Made by a program: the position numbers and the translations under genes | Notes under the pieces: generated by a model | Seen by the model: the letters and a program-made list of their open reading frames with translations, nothing else | What the model was told of the DNA's origin: nothing | Databases searched by the model: none | Part shown: in pieces, positions 1-8,780 of the stretch | How the letters are laid out: each line of letters begins with the position of its first letter | Position numbering within the stretch: position 1 is the first letter of the stretch | Origin: Azolla caroliniana | Taxonomy: Eukaryota > Plantae > Polypodiophyta | Assembly (NCBI GenBank): GCA_043228905.1 | Contig: JBHGNT010000841.1 | Span: forward strand, 1-14,771 | DNA: 14,771 nt | Direction of reading: 5' to 3'

Positions 1-797
1 ACAATTATCCAAACACATTTCAGTGGGCATGTTGCATAAGATGCCACTGTATACATGCATACATATATATACAAAATGATTCTTTCTCTACCATGTTCTG
101 TTTATCTCACATGCATTTCCCCCATGTTTGTATATATCCAAACAGGAGGTGGTATATATATGTCTTATTGGAACCTCACAACAATAAAACAGAAATCTCA
201 AAATGTTTTATTTATAATTTTCATACCCCATTGAGTAGTGTCTCCAAATACTTTAATTTCAGGAAACGATTTCCTGAAATTATCAGATTATATTGGGTAG
301 CAAATTATCTTTTGAGTACGTAACATTGTAACAATGCAAAAAGAAAGAAAGGTCTTATGGTACGCCATGTACAAGAAAAAGGAAAAAGTTCCATCCAAAC
401 TAAAGGAGATCTCCTATCATATAAGAAAAACATCATGTCCACAGCCAAAGGCGACAAATCTCTATCATATTGAATCAAAAGAGGGTGGTTACCTCTAATT
501 TATAACATCAAACACTAAAACGAAGGAGATGACATTCATATTGTATATAGCATTAAAACGTCCCCATGGAAACAACACTAACATGAGAACCACCTCGTGT
601 TGGAATCCGAAGAAATCCCCTCCGCCCCCAAAGAACATGCCAAACTCGAGGTGTGGATAACATATATAATAATAACATCAACTCCAAGATGAAAAGGATA
701 GTCATTTTCCCCCAATTGTCATTCCCTTGGCTTTATTTAGTTCTTAGACAAAAATGGCTATAACTAACGTTCAAAATTGTTACTCCACTTCCATAAA

Positions 798-815
798 GGG
801 GGGGGGGGGGGGGGG
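798..815 (+). repeat. Poly-G tract (G18)
   Basis: Read directly from the sequence. Confidence 0.95.
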
Positions 816-891
816 ATTGTCTCGTGATTGTATGGGATGGTGGATTGATTGAGTATTGTATGAGTTTGTCCACGATTTGGCAACACTTAAG

Positions 892-923
892 AGCCCATGG
901 CAAGGATTGAATTTGGGTATAAA
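892..923 (+). promoter_or_regulatory. Possible SCPL core promoter: site II-like AGCCCA (892-897) and TATAAA (918-923)
   Basis: Motifs lie upstream of a pyrimidine-rich UTR-like tract and the putative first exon; such short motifs also occur by chance. Confidence 0.3.
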
Positions 924-1143
924 CCACCAAGCCAACGGCCAGATATAGAATAGATGGCATTTTTGAAATTAAAGAAAACGTTGAGAGATCGAGAAAGGCA
1001 GGGGGGGCATTCTGGATAATTAAAGAAATCACCATGGAAAGATGCAGCGGTGACAAGGTTTTTCTTCTTTCTTTTTATTTCTAAGAAAAATCCATTCCTT
1101 CTTCTCCCTCCCTAGAGAAAGGCAGCAAAGGCGCACTGATGCT

Positions 1144-1191
1144 ATGGTTGGCCTTGAGCCTAATTCAGATACCTCTCCAAGGAAAATCTCG
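1144..1191 (+). CDS. Putative first coding exon of the SCPL gene (MVGLEPNSDTSPRKIS; alternative ATG at 1139 reads MLWLALSLIQIPLQGKS)
   Basis: Follows a CT-rich 5'UTR-like tract (1059-1112) and ends at the donor CG|GTGTGT (1192). Phase 0 joins in frame to the acceptor GCGCAG|2788. No homology support. Confidence 0.4.
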
Positions 1192-1642
1192 GTGTGTTCT
1201 TTTGTAATATCTGCGATTGGTTTTTAGTTTTTCCCCGTGTACATTTTTATTTGCCGACCATGAAATCAAATCAAATCAATCTTATATCAAAAAATAGTTT
1301 TTCTTTGATAGATCTTGTTTCACTCTATGAATGAAATTATTGAATTACATATGCACCGCTAATTTGTTTCAATGTTGTCCAACTTTTCATTAGAAAATTT
1401 AATCGTAGATATATAGCTTCAAAGAATAGATGGAATCTGTAAAAGAAATAGTAAAAAGGAATTGCATGAATGTTGGATTAGTTCAAATGCCTTGATTTGC
1501 TTTATGGTTTTCGGTTCCATTCTTAGAGTTAGGGGTATTTTGGTGTTTGTCCCAATAATTAAACCTATAAAACATGACATGTGTGTGTTTTTGCATAATA
1601 TAGGTATGTATATACATCTGAGACGTGATATATTTTTCAGAT

Positions 1643-1666
1643 ATCTATCTATCTATCTATCTATCT
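1643..1666 (+). repeat. (ATCT)6 microsatellite
   Basis: Read directly from the sequence. Confidence 0.95.
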
Positions 1667-2787
1667 ATATGTATGTGTGTGTTTATGGAATATTCAAATA
1701 CTTATAATCAACATATTGCATGTTGTACACATACATGCATACATTGTATATGGATATATGTAGTGAGAGTGTGAACATGTGTATGGACTCCTAGAATGTC
1801 CAAAGTGCCGAAATTTCAGAAGTTTCCTTGAAATTCATCTTTTTCTTAATGTCGGTAATATTTAGAGAGTAGGAGATATAACTAAGATGTCAATCTTTAA
1901 ACTATTATTGAAAACAAAAATTCAAACATTTCCAGTTTATTTTTCATAGTATTAAACGGTTTTGTTCCAGTACATTTGGAAATTTCCATTTTGCTATTCA
2001 CTATTCTCCTTGGCTGATTCTAATACCTTGAATTGCTCCGTCAGCTTATCTTGGGTTCACAATTGTATTGTTTCGTGAAGTATGTAGTTGCTTTTTGGGG
2101 AAAATTCTGCAATGCTCCATTATTTCTCTTTATTTACTCAACTCCCCTAATGCTATGTTATTTACCAACCCTTGTTCGATACCCATTCGAGCAATTATAT
2201 GTTCAATTTGGGTGGTTGTATTGTCAAATCATTCTCTGTTCTCAAATATATGTGATATATCATCTTTTTCTGTTTTTTGGGGGCTGACGGAGCATATCAG
2301 GGAATACTGAAAACGTAAGGGCCTTCGGAAAATAGAGAAAAAATCCATTGGTATTTCAGATATTTTCTCCTGTTTTTTTTCGTGATGTCAATTTCCTTGA
2401 TAACAAATGAGACAAGTCGTTTCTAGGAACTATGACTAGTTACTCAAAGGCAACTTGATTTTGTCCTTCTTGGAAACTTTGGTATCCATTTAGGCTTTCA
2501 CCACTATCTTTTTCTAGCTTTCATACACAACAGAAGCCAATAGGAAAACGAAATATATTCTATTAAGGAGATACTGTTCCAGCATGTCATGACAAGCATT
2601 TAAATTTCCCATTGTCCTTATTATTCTATGCCGGGTATATTTCGAAATGTTAGATTTAAGGGAGGTAGTAAATCTAGTGTTACAGTTTCACGTAAATACT
2701 TTTAAGTATTCTTAGGATTTAAGGGGTTAGTGATAGAAGCATATTGTGCTGGCTCTATATTTATACGCATTATTATTATTTGCGCAG

Positions 2788-3086
2788 GGTAGGAAATTAA
2801 AAATCATAAAGGGGTCATGTGCAGGAGGCCAAGGTCTACCAAAAGAAGCTTTGCCTACAAAATCTGGCTATCTGCCTATCAGTGCTTCTTCAAATAAATC
2901 AAAATTGTTCTACATATTCTATGAAGCAACACGTTCAACTCTGCCTCTGGAAGACACTCCATGGCTTCTTTGGTTGAATGGAGGTCCAGGATGCTCAAGT
3001 TTAATTGGTTGTTTTTATGAGGTGGGACCATGGTGGATACTTGAGAATGGTTCAGTTCAGCTCAATCAGGAAACTTGGAATCACAG
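2788..3086 (+). CDS. SCPL exon (GRKLKII...LPTKSGYLP...WLNGGPGCSS...WNH-R); 5' boundary uncertain
   Basis: Acceptor tttgcgcag, donor AG|gtgatt, S10 family motifs. Confidence 0.88.
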
Positions 3087-6000
3087 GTGATTAATCATTT
3101 TTCATTTTCACTTCCATTTTTTTTCCCCCCAATTTCGTTTTTCAAATTTTCTTTTCTCCAATTTTCACATTCACTTTTTGTGAGGGCTTGTTTTTCAAAC
3201 ACCTGCAATCTAATGATTTATTCTAAGGTCTAGTAGTTACTTTTATCAAATGCGATCTGCTCTTTGTGGATATTTGTGTTGGGACAGGATTCAGCTTTAT
3301 ATCAATTTTCTTTTTCTTTTTTATTTTCTGATTTTGTTTTTCAAATTTGATTTTGATTCGGATTTCATTGTCCTGTATTGATTGTTCACTGTTTATTTTG
3401 ATTTTTTTGAGAGCTAGTTTTTCACACACCTGCAACCTAACATTTTATTCTAAGGTCTAGTAGTTTCTTTTGTTAGATGTGGTCTGCTCTTCGTGGATAA
3501 TCCTGTTGGGACAGGATTCAGCTTATCCTCAACAGATGATGATGTGCCAAAGGATCAGGAAACTGCTGCAAGACACTTGGATTATGCTCTTAGTCATTTT
3601 GTGCGACGCAATCCTGTCTTTCGGTTACGTCCTCTTTTCTTGGCTGGAGAGAGTTATGCTGGGAAATATATTCCTTCCTTAGCTTACCATATCATGTGTC
3701 AACCAAGTCCATTGAAGTCGCAATTGGTTGGCATTGCAATTGGAAATGGCTTGGTAGACCCATGTAGCCAGGTATCCTTCATATTCAAGAATGAATATAT
3801 TATGAGAAATTGTGAGATATCCATTTGTTTTATATATCTCCTCTGGCAACCCCGTTTATCTATTATGTGGGGTTGACACGATTGTTTGGGGAAATAAGGA
3901 ACAGGCATTTGGGGAAATAAAGAAAAACTTGGGTATTTCAGGGGTTTTCCCCTGCGATTAATTTCAAAAACCTGTCGTGAACTTTTTATTTTTGACACTT
4001 CCAGGTACAGGCTCATGCAAGAGTGCTAAATGCGTTTGGTTTATTAGACCAACAACAAGCAGTGCGTGCTCAGCAGATGGCAACAGATATAGTTGATCTG
4101 GTCAAAAGGTTAGCAACAAATGAAGCATCTTATTATTCTGTTTAGAACTACATCTGTGTACTTACCTTTAAATCCCTGAAAGTTTATCATTTTTGCTAGT
4201 CTTATTTTATCTCTACAAGGGATGGGCCTTTCCTACATTCCAGTCGTGATGTTTAATGCAGAGCAATGATAAGGTTGGTTGTGGCTAGTTCTCCCATTGT
4301 TGTTCAAGGTTCTCACAACAAGCAAAACCAGTTGTTTCCTATATGAGGACATGTGGGAGTAAGCATAAGTGTTCCTCTAAATCTCGCCTATGTTGCTTAG
4401 CATGCGTAATCTACTATTTTATAGCCTATCAGTCCATTGTTAGGATACAAATGGTAATATAAGGTAACTTAAGCCCTAAAATAGTTACCTTAATTGAGGA
4501 CTTATGCTATTGCTCATAGTTGAGAGTCTACAGTTGCTCACAAAAATGTGAATGTAGCTTTTGTAGAGTTAATAGTATAAACCCTGTATTTTGCAAACAC
4601 TTAATTGGTGATAACCTCAATGCCATATATAGCAGTTGTATCTTTGATATCTTATTGCTATTGCAAACTGTGTTGCTTTAACAGGAATTTTCATCATAAT
4701 TTGATTTTATCAGCATATCAAAAAAAATTGTGAGTTTATAAAGTTGCACAAGCAATTAATGAACTGTCCAAAGTTGAATAGTTGAATGGCATGCTAGTAA
4801 CAAGGTGAGTAGAAAAAATGTGTTAATGTACTGATGTTTTATGCATATACAATGGTTCTTGTACCATTGGAGATTCGTTGACATTTATTTCTTCATGGTT
4901 TGCTATCAGAAAGCATATGAGATCAGAAATGGAGTTTCATGAAAGAGTAAATAGAATCTTGTTTACATCTATTTGGGGGACAAACTTAAAGCTGAAAACA
5001 TGAATGCTTTCGGTGTGCACTTCTCAGGAGAGAATGGCAAGAAGCTTGTGAGAAGAGAACAGCTTTATGCAAATGGATTGAGCAAACAAGTGGTATAAAA
5101 ACCATGCTTGATATTCGCCGTTCTTGTAGATATCATCACTCAGAGGTAATTTTATAGTTCATAATCAAATGTTTATGGCTATTGAACCGAAATTGAAATC
5201 TTTGTCTGAAACTTGTAAAAGGATGGCTCCGACTATTTGGCAAAGTACCTGAATTCAACAGATATTAGAAGGCAATTGAATGTCGATGGTGATGCTTTTC
5301 CATGGGTGAGCTGTCGGAGAAGTGTTCGTGCAATCATGGCACAGGTATGTTCTTGAGATAGTTTATTTAGTGAGGTGGCCTACTGAAATTTAATAAGCTT
5401 TTTTGTTAAGCCTAGATTTTTGGTGAGCGTTTTTATTTTATTACCTTTTGCTTCTCCTCTTGCCTATTTTTTGTTTGTTGCGTGGAGAAAACCAGAATAC
5501 AGAAGAAGAAAAGAAAAAAACTGTCTAAGCTCACAAATTGCTTCTCCCATGTTCTGATATCACATTCTTTGACATATACACAGTAAATGGGTATGTTTGA
5601 ATTTTTACATTGATGATGTAATCTCTTTTAGGACACCATGAAGAGTACAAAGGATCTTGTTGAAGTGCTTCTTGAGAAGGGATTACCTATTTTACTCTAC
5701 CAAGGAATGTATGATGTGAAGGATGGTCCATCAGGCACAGAAGACTGGATGCGTTCCTTGAATTGGTTTCACATTAAGGCATTCTGGGAATCTGAAAGAT
5801 CAGTATGGAAACATAATGGAGTATTGGCTGGTTATGTAAGGAGTCTGAGCAATCTTGCTCATGTTGTATTTGTCTCGGCAGGGCATCAGGTATTTTGTTT
5901 CGATCTATCAGACTCTTGTTTTTTAAATGGTAATAACTACATTTTCATAAAAAGTTGGTTTTTTTATGCGAAGAGATTTAATTTCTTGAGAACTGGTTGC

Positions 6001-6931
6001 TAGGAGGGAATAAGATTGTTCTGTGATAATTTGGCTTTAGGTGTTTTCTTTGTAGATGGAAATTGGAATATAGTTTTTTATGTCTTGCCAGTTGTAGGTA
6101 AGTCTATAAATAGCTAACTCTAACTAGCGATCCTTCTCCTTCATTGCTTAATTGTTTGCATATTGATCCTTGATCAACCATAACACTCAGGAACACACTT
6201 TCAATGTCAGATAAAAAGGGTGTCCATGGCACTTAACATTAACATAGTATAGACCTCTCGAAACAAGTATTTCCTTTTACTGCTGGGGTTCAATCTGCTA
6301 AGGTTCTAGAATAGGATTTTATGTAATGTATAACATCGTAACTGATGCAAGAAATGTAGTAATTGCAATGGGTTCTCAAATCCATCATTACTGATTCCAA
6401 TAACTAAGAGGATGTACATTGCGTGATGTGTAATGGTATAATTCTTTTAATTTTTGAGTCTTTCAGATTAGTTATTTTCAATAACTCATTTGCTCCTAAA
6501 TGCATCTTCTTAGTTCTTTCGAATGCTTGTCTAATGTATGTATGATTGCTCTCATGATACATTTTTTTTTTCTTGAGAAATTATTTTGACTACATACAAC
6601 TTTTGTGAGTTCTCCATTACCTTGTCATTTGAAGATAACCATTCAGACTTTCTGCTTTCAGCTAAAACTACCAATGATGATTTGTTTTAATTTCAGCTCA
6701 GTATTTTAAATTACACGAATTTAGATTGAATGTGGTCATAATACATTGAAGACTTGAAATCCATAAGAAAGAGTGATTGAACATTTTGTGCATATGTTAT
6801 AGGGCTCCCATAATAATAGCATTACAAAACTTTACTAACAGGTTCCAGCAGATCAGCCTCTTTTGTCTTCAATGATGTTTGAGAAATGGGTGGACTCAGT
6901 CCTAACGCCTTTTCAGCTATCAAAGTTGTGA
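2788..6931 (+). CDS. Serine carboxypeptidase-like protein (peptidase S10, SCPL50-like); spliced CDS join(2788-3086,3477-3771,4005-4108,5028-5145,5222-5344,5632-5889,6842-6931), 428 aa plus an unresolved N-terminus
   Basis: All introns are GT-AG and phase-compatible. Motifs: LPKEALPTKSGYLP, WLNGGPGCSS, FVDNPVGTGFS, GESYAGKYIP (catalytic Ser), GNGLVDP, LLYQGMYDVKDG (Asp), AGHQ/VPADQP (His). Ends SKL-stop. Confidence 0.93.
3181..3297 (+). repeat. Degenerate upstream copy of 3408-3524 (intron end plus first 48 nt of the exon)
   Basis: Ungapped alignment at offset 227 gives 100/117 identities by manual count; the acceptor TAG corresponds to CAA in the copy. Confidence 0.92.
3477..3771 (+). CDS. 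SCPL exon with the catalytic Ser (CGLLFVDNPVGTGFS...GESYAG...DPCSQ)
   Basis: Acceptor ttttgttag, donor CAG|gtatcc, phase 2 in and 0 out. Confidence 0.95.
4005..4108 (+). CDS. SCPL exon (VQAHARVLNAFGLLDQQQ...DLVK-R)
   Basis: Acceptor cacttccag, donor AAAG|gttagc; continues the DPxxQVQxHA family motif. Confidence 0.9.
5028..5145 (+). CDS. SCPL exon (REWQEACEKRTALCKWIEQTSGIKTMLDIRRSCRYHHSE)
   Basis: Acceptor cttctcag, donor GAG|gtaatt, phases fit. Confidence 0.9.
5222..5344 (+). CDS. SCPL exon (DGSDYLAKYLNSTDIRRQLNV...WVSCRRSVRAIMAQ)
   Basis: Acceptor gtaaaag, donor CAG|gtatgt; YLN...LNV...WxSC is typical of S10. Confidence 0.9.
5632..5889 (+). CDS. SCPL exon with the catalytic Asp and His (DTMKSTK...LLYQGMYD...AGHQ)
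   Basis: Acceptor ctcttttag, donor CAG|gtattt. Confidence 0.95.
6842..6931 (+). CDS. SCPL terminal exon (VPADQPLLSSMMFEKWVDSVLTPFQLSKL*)
   Basis: Branch point and acceptor tactaacag; completes GHQ-VPADQP; TGA at 6929-6931. Confidence 0.93.
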   Translation, partial: VPADQPLLSSMMFEKWVDSVLTPFQLSKL

Positions 6932-8580
6932 ACAGAAAGATGGCAGTATTGCGCTTATATTCACTTATTCTTCACTTCTTCACTAGTTTTAACAAAACTC
7001 CAAAAAAACTTAAGAGAAAATCCATTACCTTCTATGATATGGTTGACATCAACAAAAAAAATCTACAGCAATAATCATGCATGCAATCGATATATTCAGA
7101 GGAATCCTCCTACACTTTTTTGAACCTTGGGCTAGAGAAATTATAATTCATCACATTTTTGGTGCAGTATATGTATTTCTTTGTATTTGAGAAGTCCATC
7201 AGTATTCACAATTTCTTTGCTTCTTTGCTAAGCTCAATCCAGGATACAAATAAGTGATATTCTGACTATTAGAAGTACAAAACGACAGTATCACTGTAGC
7301 AAGTGATATTCTCATGGTTTGCAATGCAAGTTCTTTGGGATTAATAGTCTTGTAAAACAGCAAGTATGAACAAGGGTGATTATGAGCAATGATTTTCTGG
7401 TTTATCTGAGGTCAATTTGGTGGAATGGATTTTTTGTGGAACAGTAACATACCCCTCCTTAAGATGGAAACATCAATTAAGTACCCTCAAGGTAAAGTAG
7501 ACACCATTAAAAGGAGGGTATTTTGTGGCCTTTATTTAAATCTTGGGATGTTGGGATTTCCATATTCCCCCGTCCATATCTTACTTTATGTGAGCAAATA
7601 TTGATTTTCTAAGATGTGTTATGTTGGCATACAACACATTCTAATAGTGGCTCCACATAAGCATACCCATATCACTTCAACCCTAGCTTGTCATGCTATT
7701 AGAATTAAGTGCTAGTCATGGAGAGAGTATACAAGTATGTTACAAAAGTCAAGGATATGCCCAATCACAAATGCCAACAAGCTTGCCACATACAATAGGT
7801 ACAAAAACCTAATAGTAACAAAATCCTCCCATCTAATTAGGCTAGGCACTTCACATAATAAATAGTTTAAGAACGGGAGAAAATCCTCTTTACGTCAACA
7901 TCAGCGGTAAGATTGTTAAGAGCACTAAAGATTGAAGCAGCAAGATGCTAAGAATGTCAAAATTGGAGCAACGTCAATGTTATCCCCAATACAGGACAAA
8001 AATGCAAAATCCTAGCCAACATTGTCTGATTACCCGCATGAACTTGGCAATCAAAGAGCCTTAACATTTCTGCAAACTCACTGACACATGTTTGATGTTA
8101 AGGTCGAGCATTATGGCATCATCACCAACATACGAAGATATATACCAGGTATGCAATGAGCCTAGAGGATGAATCTCAGTAATTCACATGCTCAGACATG
8201 TAATTATGACTTGTTTCAGGAGCATTATAATGTGTCATACCCAAATCTTCACTAATTAGGGCGAGCACATCCATGCATATTTCCAGAGAGTTTTACTTTA
8301 CTAGAAAGTAGTAAAGCCCCTTCTTCGGAAGGGTCACATACATCATCTTCAATATGTTCGTTTGGTTCCATAGGTCAAATTGGCCTCCTTTGGGATGAAA
8401 AAAATCTCTTCCATTTTTTACCTATCCATGTAACATGCCAAGCAAAAAAAAAATCTAGTCCTCATTTCTCATAAAATAAATAGCATATTATATATACCCA
8501 TAAAAAATGAACTTCCATTTGAATCTTTAGAAGAAAACAGTAATGGAAGTGACAGGCTACATAATGTTGCAATATAAATG

Positions 8581-8586
8581 TTTATT
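8581..8586 (-). terminator. Candidate polyadenylation signal AATAAA for PUS10
   Basis: About 115 nt downstream of the PUS10 stop on the - strand. Confidence 0.3.
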
Positions 8587-8701
8587 GCTGGTTGAATTTG
8601 AAAAAATCATCATTTCCATAATGATATGTATTAAATGACACTTTACTTAACACAGCAGTACAAAATGGTTGTTGATACTTCTATTGGTCATGGTCAAACT
8701 A

Positions 8702-8780
8702 TCAGTGGAAAAGATCCATTTTAATGTCGGTCACATCCAGTTGTAATATCTCAGCTTCGCATCCAAAGAGAGATCCAACA
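8702..8780 (-). CDS. PUS10: PUS10 terminal exon (VGSLFGCEAEILQLDVTDIKMDLFH*)
   Basis: Acceptor tttctcag, TGA at 8704-8702. Confidence 0.94.

Noticed and set aside
93-2310. ORF-track calls 93-323, 733-1056, 1462-1707, 2033-2287 and 2068-2310
   Set aside because: No recognisable motifs, and composition reflects AT-rich, poly-G or microsatellite DNA. The poly-Pro in 733-1056 is simply the G18 run read on the - strand.
3223-4016. ORFs 3223-3435 (-), 3470-3682 (+) and 3699-4016 (-)
   Set aside because: Antisense or alternate-frame shadows of SCPL exons and T-rich introns.
6886-7074. 62-aa ORF overlapping the SCPL last exon
   Set aside because: Wrong frame; the frame completing GHQ-VPADQP stops at 6931.
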